This document shows, piece by piece, positions 1 through 10,083 of a DNA stretch of 64,000 nucleotides. A program made the translations under genes and the position numbers. The stretch's first letter is position 1. Each line of letters begins with the position of its first letter. The stretch comes from Sphaerodactylus townsendi (lineage: Eukaryota), in assembly GCF_021028975.2 (NCBI RefSeq), contig NC_059439.1, forward strand, positions 22,444,001-22,508,000, given 5' to 3'. A model generated the notes under the pieces. That model was not told the DNA's origin. It did no database searches and was given only the letters and a program-made list of their open reading frames with translations.

Positions 1-127
1 TTTGCTCAATCCATTCATTTATAGCACGAGAAACAAAGAAATCAAAACTGTGTTGCTGAAGCTCACTGACTGGAGACATTTTTCTAAAATGATTGCTCAC
101 AAAGCTTTCCTGCCAGAATGGGGTTGA
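1..127 (+). CDS. 3' end of an olfactory receptor (family-14-like); 5' part lies outside the window
   Basis: Frame from base 2 reads LLNPFIYSTRNKEIKTVLLKLTDWRHFSKMIAHKAFLPEWG*, the OR TM7/helix-8 motif; TGA at 125-127. Confidence 0.85.
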   Translation, partial: LLNPFIYSTRNKEIKTVLLKLTDWRHFSKMIAHKAFLPEWG

Positions 128-197
128 ATCATCTTGTTTGGGGAACTCTTTTATTTGGTTTTGTGCTTCAGGTACAGTTCAGAAGAAAGATTGTGGT

Positions 198-969
198 CAG
201 ATGTGCAGATGCTACCCTAGTGAATAAACACAGGACACCTTCTGGATTGAAATGGGCCGCAGCCCTTTTATTGATTGCTGAAGCTGAGGCGAACAGGAGG
301 AGCGCATCCTAACAGCTGGACAGCATCACAGCTTCCCCAGCACCAACCCTAATCTTAATTGGGGATCCTCCACATCCTGGGCTGCCAGGTGCTCACCCCC
401 TTTGTGGCCCCTAACTGGTGGTTTGTCGGGCTCCAATGCAGAGGCCTACCCGGCATGCTCCCTGAGCCTGACCCATTCCAAGCCCCATTCTGGGGCCTTG
501 AACCACGGGGAGGTTCATCTTACAATTTCAGCCTCCCCACAAGGATGCGCTCCTCTGCCCAAGCCACCAGGGCTGTGACAAGGGGTAGCCGAACATCTCA
601 CGACCCTGTCCCATAAAGGGAGGAAGGGTGGGTCAATTCGCCAAAGGTGCCAAAAAGAGGCTGAGGACACCACATGCTGCCTATTATATAGGGAGCATGC
701 TCCACCCTTCGCCCCATACATCATGCATGTCATTGCCAGGTGGTAAGGTTCAGCCGCTCAGTCACCCAGAGCCACTCCCGCTCCTACACGGAGTACACTG
801 CATGCTCTGCCCCCTGTCGCAATTGTTGATTCAAGTGCTGTCATTTGCAGCCAGATGTGCAGATGCTACCCTAGTGAATAAACACAGGACACGCTCTGGA
901 TTGAAATGGGCCACAGCCCTTTTGTTGAATGCTGAAGCTGAGTGAACAGGAGGAGTGCATCCTAACAGC
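198..969 (-). mobile_element. Non-coding repeat with internal direct repeat (candidate Ngaro/DIRS-like or LTR-like remnant)
   Basis: 198-316 is repeated at 852-969; homologous unit at 41409-42050; minus-strand TATA-like (~683-690) and AATAAA (~267-272). Confidence 0.6.
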
Positions 970-1504
970 CGAATTTTGTGAAACACTTTGGAAGCTGCTG
1001 TCAGACATAGAAGGGTTTTGATTTCCCTTCTGCTCAGCAAACTTCTATGAATGTTGCATTTGTAATATTGAATGTTGGGACTTTCACAAAGAACTTGCTC
1101 AGTTCCAATATGTAACTGTAGTGATGAGGAGGGAGACTTCAGAAACACGCTTCTCACCTTTGTTGCCATTGAGGTTTTCCTTTTTTCAAAGGCTTCTTGT
1201 CCTAGCAAAGATAAGTCATAGGTCCAATCTAGCACTAGTTATCTCACCTTCCTAGCACATTCAAAAAAGTTAGTCCATATTTCCCTTGGCTTGCTTTTTT
1301 GCAGTCCACCAAGATAGAACTAAACAAAACCAAGTCCATGTATTGAGAAAAGTTCATGTGCAATTTTACAAGAAAATAAAATAGGAAATTATATGTTGAT
1401 CTGAACCTGTTATTTTTCATGCAGGTCAAATCCTACCTGGTATTGAGAGGTTCTAGGTGGACCTGCTAAAATATGTAATCTATTTTCCATTTTCATGCCA
1501 TGGC

Positions 1505-1645
1505 TAAGATTACAGGCTAGGAACTTGAACGCCTGGGTATAAATCCCTAATGTGCCATCAAAAACACTATATGATCTTTGGACAATCACTTTTTTCAGCT
1601 TAACCTACCTTGTATGGTTGTTGAGCGGATAAAATGGAGAAGGGG
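1505..1645 (+). mobile_element. Degenerate tRNA/CORE-type SINE
   Basis: Similar to SINEs at 49222 and 62232 (cagcttaacctacctt..ggttgttg..gataaaatggagaagg). Confidence 0.45.
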
Positions 1646-2012
1646 CAAACACACACACACACATACACAGAGTCCTCCGTCAAATCCCAAGAACAGAAAT
1701 CATAGAAATTTACAGGAAGTAAAGATGCACCACAATTTCTAGTGTTAGCCTCATGTTGTCTCTCACAGATAATTCTGACTTTCACTGTCAACACAAAAAA
1801 GGGCATCCTTTGTTAATGAATCTTATTGGTAGAAGTTACTCTTGTGTGAAAAAGGAGAGGTGAATGTATACAAAAGACACATGCTGCCTCATGACGAAAT
1901 GTGTTTCAAGTTCGTGGGTCCCTGGGATTCTGAAACACAATGACCTCTCTCAAAACAAACAAATGTGGTGGGAATTTGGCATGGAGACACATATATCTGG
2001 GAGGGAAGACAA

Positions 2013-2115
2013 AGCCCAGTCTTGTCAAGAACTCAGAAGCTTAGCTGGGTGAGTACTTGGAAGGGAAATCATCAATGTAGGCTGTGCAGCAGAAGGCAAT
2101 AGCAAATCATCTATG
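2013..2115 (+). mobile_element. Degenerate 5S rRNA-derived SINE fragment
   Basis: ctcagaagcttagctgggtgagtacttggaagggaaa resembles the 5S rRNA internal promoter region. Confidence 0.45.
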
Positions 2116-2242
2116 TTTCTCACTTGATGTCACAGTAGCACAGTGTTAACTGATGTCCCTTTAATACAATTGCTTAACTTACAATTCACTGTATTTTATT
2201 TAAAAGAGGGGAGGACAAGAGATGAAATGTATATCAGTCCAC

Positions 2243-3124
2243 ATGGTCAATCCATTCATTTACAGCATGAGAAACAAAGAAATTAAGATTGCATTGCTGC
2301 AGATGGTGAGACCTTACTTCGCTCAATAATCACACAACAACGACAGGCTGGAAAGGAATGGGCCGCAGCCCAGTTTATTAATTATTCAATAACATAATTA
2401 AACATGAACTATGTACATAAGAGCTGGGCGGCAAATGGGTCGCACATCACATCCCAATCTCCATTGGGACTGACGGGAAGGGAAGCCCCAGAGATAACAC
2501 TCCGGCTTCACCCTTCCCGCCCCTGCTGAGGAGGCGGGCACTGGCTAAGCCCGAGGCCGCCTAACGGCCCGCCCTCCTCCCGTGCTTGCTGGGGTGTCGG
2601 GCACCGGCTAAGCCCTTGGCCGCCTATCGGCCCGACCCAACCCCACTCCCTGGGGTGTTGGGCAGCGGCCCGACCTGCCGGCCTGCCCGCCCCACCCCCC
2701 GGCCCTTCCACAGGGCACAAGCCTGGGAGACCCAGCCGGAAGGCTCGTTTTCTCCCCAGATGTGCGACACCCATTGCAAACCCGCCAGGACTGCGACAGT
2801 AAGAACCACAACCACCCAACCCCTAAAACCATAGGGAGGGAGGGTGGGCCACGCCTTGCTGGGTCTCACCGCCGGGAAGGGGGCGGACTGGGAGAGGCAT
2901 CCTTATATACCCCGGCTCCTCCCGCCTTTACGGCTGGGAGCCAATCATTGCACCCGGTTCTGCAGCATGCCGCTAAGCCATGCATGCCCCTTATTTTGCT
3001 CCGTTGCTCACCCCGGCAGCAATGGCTGCCCCCGGTTATTCGGGTGCATCTAATTTGTTGAAGCTCTCTTATTGTGAGCACTTTTCTAAAGCAGTTGCTT
3101 AGCCATGTTTTTCCTCAAAAATGA
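2243..3124 (+). pseudogene. Orphan OR 3' remnant split by a mobile element
   Basis: 2243-2296 reads MVNPFIYSMRNKEIKIAL; resumes at 3055 as LLKLSYCEHFSKAVA*; no upstream OR sequence. Confidence 0.85.
2297..3054 (-). mobile_element. GC/CpG-rich non-coding insertion, related to 198-969 and 41409-42050
   Basis: Interrupts OR remnant; shares gaatgggccgcagcc..tttatt and ccc..agggagggagggtggg motifs; minus-strand TATATAAGG near 2901-2909. Confidence 0.7.
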
Positions 3125-3338
3125 GGTTGAATCTTCATGTCCAGTGAATTATTTTATTTTATTGATGCTTCAGATATAATGCGCAAGAAAGATTTGTTTG
3201 ATTTTTTGAAGTACTTGAGCACGTGCAGTTGAAGGGAAACATTTTTTTTATTTTCCTCAGCAGCCTCCTGTGAGGGTTGCAAATGTGGGGGTAAGTGTTG
3301 GCAATTTGACAAGGAATGGAATCCATCCCAACAACATG

Positions 3339-3887
3339 CCAACTGCACTGGCTGCCGATCGAGTACCGGGTCATGTTTAAAGTTTTGGTTTTGACCTTTA
3401 AAGCCATTCGCGGCCTTGGCCCTGCATATCTAAGGGACCGTCTCTCCCTATATCACCCTTCTAGGCCCCTCCGTTCATCGGAGGCGGACCTACTGGTGAT
3501 CCCTGGCCCCAAGGCGATCCGGCTGGCCTCTACAAGGGCCAGGGCTTTTACGGCTCTGGCCCCTACCTGGTGGAACAGGCTTCCAGGTGAGATCAGGGCC
3601 CTGCGGGATTTACAAAGTTTCCGCAGGGCCTGTAAAACGGACCTGTTCCGCCAGGCGTTTGGCCAGTCGGGATGATATCAACCGCAATAATAAGTAAACA
3701 TCTGGCCTCCCGTGGGTTCATAAAAGGGGGAATAGAATAGAATAGTTGAAGCCATCTCTAGTTTAATATTTTATGTATTTTAATTAACTTATATTTATGA
3801 TGTTTTAAATTTTTATGTTGTTGGAAACCGCCCTGAGCCTTCGGGGAGGGCGGTATACAAATATAATAAATAAATAAATAAAATAAA
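3339..3887 (+). mobile_element. 5'-truncated L2-clade LINE (ORF2 C-terminus, 3' UTR, tail)
   Basis: LHWLPIEYRVMFKVLVLTFKA...WNRLP...FRRACKTDLFRQAF; 3' stem-loop ccgccct..agggcgg; (taaa)n tail. Confidence 0.85.
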
Positions 3888-4796
3888 TAGCTGTAGTGAG
3901 GAGGGGAAGGTTTCAGAAAGACCCTTCTTAATCACAGCACCAGTGGGACTTCTGCCCTCCTTGTAAGGCTTCTTGTCCTGGCAAAAAGACGTGCCCTGTA
4001 GTGCTACCATTTGTGACACAGATAGTGGCACATAATCGGTATGCGGCGATCTGCAATCCACTGCAACCCCTTCTAGCATATTCAAAAATGTTAGACTATA
4101 TTTATTTGGGTTAGCCATTTTGCAGTCCCACATGACAGTACTAATCAAAACCTAGTATATGTATTGGGAAAAAATCCACATGCAATTTCATGGAAATGTA
4201 ATGTTTTTAGTATGTTTAAATGTTTGGTTTCCTATTTTCAGATGCTATGTTGGGGCAAAGTTGTGAGAAACCTAACAAGTATAGGCACATTAAAATCCAT
4301 GGATCCTTTGCCCTGAATGTCATAATATTTAGAGCCCTCCACCTCTGCGGCTCTGATTTAGAAGATCTGTAGTACATTATGATTGGGTTTTCTAAATTTA
4401 GGGAATCAGGTTTGTTTCCACAGATTAATAATAAATCTGGCCACTGTTAGGTGTATCTGTCTCAGTCCCAGTCTCTCATTCTTCCCAACTTTATGAATCA
4501 TATTGTTTTGCTATGAGAGAGAACAAAGCAGTGTCCTGCAGTTGATTTACGTTATCTGTCTGACCCTTTCAAGAGACATCACTTTATAATGAGAGGCACA
4601 TCCATGCACTGAGGACTGACCATTTTGCATACCTATTATGGCACTTTCAGTATGCCGCATTATTCATATGCTGAATGCAGCTCAAGGGTGTTTATTGAAC
4701 ATGTCTCTGCACAGGCTGAGTGTGTCTGCCAAGAAGAAAAAGATGTGGTGAAAATATAAAGGCAAGTGTTATCAGCCTATCTACTGGTGAAACTCT

Positions 4797-6243
4797 GGGC
4801 CTTTCCCCACTTACTTTAAGCCCCGCACCACTCTCCTCAAGTAGCGCGGGGTTCCCCCTGCACTCCCCATTACAGGGGCGGCGACAGCGCAGCCGCCCTG
4901 AAGCTGCTGCTATCGCGCCCCCTCAGCATGCGGCATCCTTGGCGCTCTTGTAAATGGCGCTTTTTGATGACACTGCTGTAACCCTGCCCTGTATATCCTG
5001 GCTTAGGAAATATTGGATTTCATATTTCTCATATTGTTTCTTATGCTATATGCTGCAACATGCCAGTTTCCTTGTTTGTATGGGTGTTAGCAGAGTGTCC
5101 AAGCTGAAAGCAGGCCACAGGCAAAAAGTCTGCTTTACAAAATCTAATCAAGTGGATGAGTTACTTCTGCATAACCTGGAGGTCTCATTTTGTTTTTGGG
5201 CATGATCTTGATTACCACACCTTGCAAAGATACTGTTAAAGACAAAGAATATGGAAAGCCAACTTGCTATCAAGTACTGCACTTCCTATCTCTTCTGGAA
5301 ACCAAGTTAGCAACAAAGGGTTGCTTCTTTGCATTTCCTTCCCTTTTGTCATGACTGTCCTAAAACCACTTACCTCATCCTGAATCAATGAAGCCTCATT
5401 CAAATCTGAATACTGAAGGCAGAGACTGTAAGAGTTACTTTGCCTAAAGCCAGTCTGCGCTTCCTGATATAATCTAGGACCAATTGACTCCCATTGTCCC
5501 AAGGTGTAGAACAATAGAAGAGCTGACTAACGACCTCAGCACCCCCAAAGCCCAGCATGGGAAATTCCAGAGAATTTAGAAAAAAGGAAACTTAAAACTC
5601 ACTAGTTCCGCCTCTTCCTGGGCAAAAGAGTATAAGAGGTCAGTTCACCCCAACACATGTGCTCTTACTAGCCTGTACCTTCCTTGGTCTGGTCAGTTTG
5701 AGACACGATATCGTCCTTTGCCTGGATTCAGATGCTGGTCATTTGAATCCTTGCCTTCTACAAGATCTTCTTCAGCTGAACTTAGGTAAAGTATTTCCCT
5801 GAAAACCCCCCTCCATTTCTATAATCCAATCTATCATTTAAAACCTTTTTTATATCTTAGGAACTTGAATGTATGTGCTCTTATGCCTCACTGTGTGTGT
5901 GTATTTTTAAACAAATTTATATAAACATTTAAATTCAATTTGGACTCTTGCTTCTCTGTGGAATATTCATTGCTAGAATTCCTTCCCCGTAGATACAGTC
6001 TAAAAAGATCCCCTCTTGGCCCCTCTCGCTGCCAACGTGAGAGCTCATTCCCCTTTGCTACTTGTGTGCTGTTATATTTTTAGCAGCTGGTGGAGAATCC
6101 CTTTAATAAAATCCTTACCCCTGTTAAGGGCGTAACACTGCACAGAGCGCAGGGTCATGGGGACGCCTGGGCGTGCACCAGAGATGCCGCGCGGTGAGAG
6201 TAGCGCGCAGCAAAGGGCAGCAAAAGTAAGTGGGGAAACGCCC
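4797..6243. mobile_element. GC-rich MITE (PIF/Harbinger-like termini) split by a solo LTR
   Basis: TIRs gggcctttccccacttactt (from 4797) and aagtaagtggggaaacgccc (to 6243); halves 4797-4976 and 6138-6243. Confidence 0.7.
4977..6137 (+). mobile_element. Solo LTR (ERV1-like)
   Basis: TGTAAC...TAACA termini, 4-bp TSD CTGC (4973-4976 / 6138-6141), TATA-like ~5631, AATAAA ~6105; homologous to 35035-36180 and 49438-50344. Confidence 0.85.
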
Positions 6244-7521
6244 TTAAAGGCCTGACATAGGGTGTTAAATTAAAGGGTGTTTTAATATATACCTCAGGTT
6301 AAAAATGTAATAAAAGTAAGCCTATCTTCAAAAGTGTTGTGGTCTCTTTCTTTTAGGGATTTGATGGGAAAATGGAAAAAAGTGTAATACTATGACAGAC
6401 ATTGGCCCCTTCTGCACAGCAAATGAATAATGAGATGCAGTCACAATAACATAATCTGTTTTCCCGTTCACATGCATTCTGTGCAGGCAGCGATTGGAGG
6501 TCACAGAAACAATCCAGGTTGCTGTCACAGCTTTGCAAGGAGACAATTCTCTTTTTCAAAACTGTCCAGCAGTACATGCATAGATATGCAGGCAGGCTGA
6601 AATAAACCTCAACAACCATACCGATGTGCCACAATATGAATGGCTGCACCTGTACAGCTCCCACTTGGAATTTTTTTTTCAAAATAATCACTTGTTTAGC
6701 AATTTTAAAAATTGGTTTGGGAGAAATAAAATGGAACAGACTGGTTTGGGGGGGCAGGATCCTTGTGAAGTACTCCCCATCCCCAACCCAACCCAGGTTA
6801 TTTAGCATCCCACACCCATGTTTCTTGGACTGTGTAGAATGGGCCATAGTTCTTCCTGAAATGCATTTGGTCTTACTTCATGCACAGCCATGTGTTGCTA
6901 GTGGTCTATTTCCTCTAGTTATAAAAAAAACTGAAGTAATAATGCAACACAGAAAAAAAGACTTTAGCATCACTTGGCAGTTAAGTGAGGTAAACTCTTG
7001 GGAGCCAATTGCCAGGAATAGAACATAAATTAAGCTCTGCCTCATTCCTACTTCCTTTTTGATTAGGAGTACCTGGCAACAAACCCTCTATGGAATGGCA
7101 TGAGCAAATGGATACACGAATTTAAACAGCAGAAACAGCAATCATACCTAACGGTCTCTCTTTTGTCACAGATCATTATTATTGTGATTGATTCATTGGT
7201 CCAAATCCAGATCAAAGATGAAAACAAATAGTATTCTGTGACTTGATACTACAGCAGAAACTGACATGGGGAGCGTAAGATGAAAAGAGCTGGGGAAGAA
7301 AGCAGACTCAAAGGTAGTCAGTCATGTTTGATATTGGGAAATTTGTGTGTGAGTATAAATTGACTGCAGCAAGCTACAAAGAGATTCCTTCCAGTCTTTT
7401 ACCATGTTTGTTGCTACGTTATCTGGAAGTGTTCCATACAATTTAAATCCTCTTGAAAAAATTGAACTGGCATCAGAATGTTCCTGGTGCCATGGTGCCA
7501 GACCTCCCATATGCATGCATA

Positions 7522-7735
7522 CAGTGGCATAGGACACAGGGGACAAGGTGGAGCACTATGTCCAGGGTCTAGCTGGTGCGTGGCATGGCATGGCCATTCT
7601 GGGGGAAAATGTCGGGGTGTTCCGGGGGCATGGCAAGGTGTTCCAGGGCATGGCGGGAGCGGGCGGCGGTGTGGCGGGGGTGCAGGGCAAACACACACCC
7701 CAGGTGCAGTTCCTCCTCTATTCACACCTGCACTG
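7522..7735. mobile_element. Short GC-rich non-autonomous DNA transposon
   Basis: CAGTG...CACTG termini; absent from paralogous region ~43570-44180. Confidence 0.55.
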
Positions 7736-7945
7736 ATAGACCCATGTCTGTTTAAGTCAAGGTTGGTAGTTTGTCTCCAAGAAATGGAAAGAGGCAAAGG
7801 TGTTTCCAACCATACACATTTATTTAGAATAAAATGGGCAGCATAAAGAAAAGTGGAGAACAAATTCAAAACTTCAGAGTAGACACTAAGGTGATAGTTG
7901 CTGCTGTCAAAAGGGGTTAAAGAGAGATTATTCACTGGGATGGGG

Positions 7946-8046
7946 CAGAGGTGGGATTCAAATAATTTAACTATTGGTTGTTTACAAGCACCATTTTAAC
8001 AACTGGTTTTGCCGAAGTGGTGTGAACCTGCTGAATCCCACCACTG
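7946..8046. mobile_element. hAT-like MITE
   Basis: TIRs cagaggtgggattc / gaatcccaccactg; imperfect G-rich flanking repeat. Confidence 0.6.
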
Positions 8047-8224
8047 GATAGGGGCATAATTTAATAAGAAATGAGATGAGGATGGCTGGTGGTGACAGGA
8101 GTAAACACCTACTTCATTGGGCAGCTTAAGATACCTGCTTTTATTTCAGTGGAAACTGATCATTTGAAAATGTTACAGAAGAGAAGGCAGCATTCACAGA
8201 TGTCAGTCAGGCATAGTAAACAAC

Positions 8225-8357
8225 TCGCACATGCAGAACAATGCCCTTTCAAACTGCGTTCAGTGCTCTTTGAAGCTGTGCGGAATGGCAAAATCCACTT
8301 GCAAACAGTGGTGAAAGTGGTTTGAAAACGCATTATTCTGCGTGTGCGGAAGGGAGA
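8225..8357 (-). mobile_element. Harbinger-like MITE (same family as 12276 and 32558)
   Basis: Reverse complement of 12276-12416. Confidence 0.75.
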
Positions 8358-8787
8358 GGCTTTTAACAATACTACCACCAGACTTTTCAGAGCTGAGTCC
8401 TTGCGTTATTTCCCTGTACAGTATTGCAAATACTCCAGAGAGGAGGGACACAAGTTTTCAATTTCTGTTGTCCAGTTTGCCAGAACTGCAAGGATGGGAG
8501 TATATATAATTAATCACTGTGTGTGATGTCTATGCAACACTGCATTTTCCTGTGGAGCTGGGTAAGAATCAGAAAACTCTCCACTGACTTTTCCTATTCA
8601 CGCTCAAGCAAAATATGAATAAAATTTGGTATAGTGCCAGGTTTTGGAGCATAGAAGCTGTAGAAGCTAATGTCTCCGCAATCTCTCATGTTGAGGAATG
8701 CCAGTGAGACACTGAGCTCCCATCCAGTTTGCCCATGTTTAAAAGATCCCATCCTTTGCTCATTAAACACAGCACCAATCTGTAGGC

Positions 8788-8933
8788 CAGTGGTGGCAAA
8801 CCTTTGGCACTCCAGATGTTATGGACTACAATTCCCATCAGCCCCTGCCAGGATGGCCAATTGACCATGCTGGAAGGGGCTGATGGGAATTGTAGTCCAT
8901 AACATCTGGAGGGCCAAAGGTTCGCCACCACGG
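8788..8933. mobile_element. Palindromic hAT MITE
   Basis: TIR cagtggtggcaaacc / ggttcgccaccacgg; 8-bp TSD ctgtaggc/ctctaggc; whole element folds back on itself. Confidence 0.85.
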
Positions 8934-9123
8934 CTCTAGGCTGAGATGGCCAAAGAAAGAATCCTGATGAACCATTCACTGATATTAGTTAACTGCAAAG
9001 AGAAGAAATCTCCACTGAATAGACCACAGTAGGATTCTGGGGAGACCTGGTGAGGATTGTTCTCTAAAGCACTTTCTCTGCTCACCTGTACAGGTAGTCT
9101 GCAAATGAATATTGGAAGCAAAA

Positions 9124-10083
9124 ATGCCCAACCTTACTTCCACATCTGAATTCTTTCTCCTGGAATTTTCAAGCGTCCGAAAAGTACAGATCGTATACTC
9201 TTTTATATTCCTCACGGTATATCTGACTGCAGTGACTGGCAACCTTCTCATCATCCTTGCCGTAACCCTGGACCATCATCTGCACACACCCATGTACTTC
9301 TTTCTCATGAATCTGGCCATTCAGGATCTTGGCTTAATTTCTGTCACATTACCCAAAACGATGGCCAATTCCCTCATGAACAGCAGGTCAATTTCTTATT
9401 TGGGGTGTGTAGCTCAGGTTTTCTGTCTTTTCCAATTCATAGGAGCAGATTTTGCGATTCTAACAGTAATGGCACATGATCGTCATATTGCTATCTGCAA
9501 TCCATTGCACTATGAGACAATTATGCACAGAGGAGCCTGTATTCAGATGGCAGCCAGTGCATGGATTGCTGGCGCACTTAATGGTATGTTACAGACTGCT
9601 GGAACTTTTAGTATCACCTTTTGCTCCAACATGATTGATCAGTTCTTCTGTGAAATACCACAGATGCTAAAACTCTCCTGTTCAGACCTGTATCTGGTGG
9701 AAGTTGGTGTGATGATATTCAGCTCTTTCCTTGTATCAGGATGCTTCATCTACATCACTGTCAGCTATGTGCGGATTTTTGAAGCTGTGCTCAAAATCCC
9801 TTCTGTGCATGGTCAGAAAAAGGCCATCTCCACTTGCCTTCCGCACCTCACTGTGGTTTCTTTGCTTATCTTTACTGGCATGTTTGCCTATTTCAGGCCT
9901 CAGAGTTACACTTCATCTGACCTGAACGTTATTTCTGCAATAATTTATGCTATAGTCCCTCCCTTGCTCAATCCATTCATTTATAGCATGAGAAACAAAG
10001 AAATCAAGACTGCATTGTTGAAGCTCTCTGATTGTGGGCATTTTTCTAGAATAACTGCTAGCAAAGCTTTTCCACAAAAATGA
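9124..10083 (+). CDS. Olfactory receptor, family-14-like
   Basis: MPNLTS N-glycosylation site, LHTPMYFFL, MAHDRHIAIC, FFCEIP, KAISTCLPHL, PPLLNPFIYSMRN; splice acceptor at 9093. ORF-track TTG start at 9112 is unlikely. Confidence 0.95.
   Translation: MPNLTSTSEFFLLEFSSVRKVQIVYSFIFLTVYLTAVTGNLLIILAVTLDHHLHTPMYFFLMNLAIQDLGLISVTLPKTMANSLMNSRSISYLGCVAQVFCLFQFIGADFAILTVMAHDRHIAICNPLHYETIMHRGACIQMAASAWIAGALNGMLQTAGTFSITFCSNMIDQFFCEIPQMLKLSCSDLYLVEVGVMIFSSFLVSGCFIYITVSYVRIFEAVLKIPSVHGQKKAISTCLPHLTVVSLLIFTGMFAYFRPQSYTSSDLNVISAIIYAIVPPLLNPFIYSMRNKEIKTALLKLSDCGHFSRITASKAFPQK

Noticed and set aside
2508-3081. Overlapping GC-rich ORFs and apparent CpG island
   Set aside because: Confined to the element inserted in the OR remnant; no domain motifs; expected in GC-rich DNA.
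8985-9254. Antisense ORFs MMRRLP.. over OR 5' ends (also 15929, 46492)
   Set aside because: Shadows of conserved OR codons on the opposite strand.
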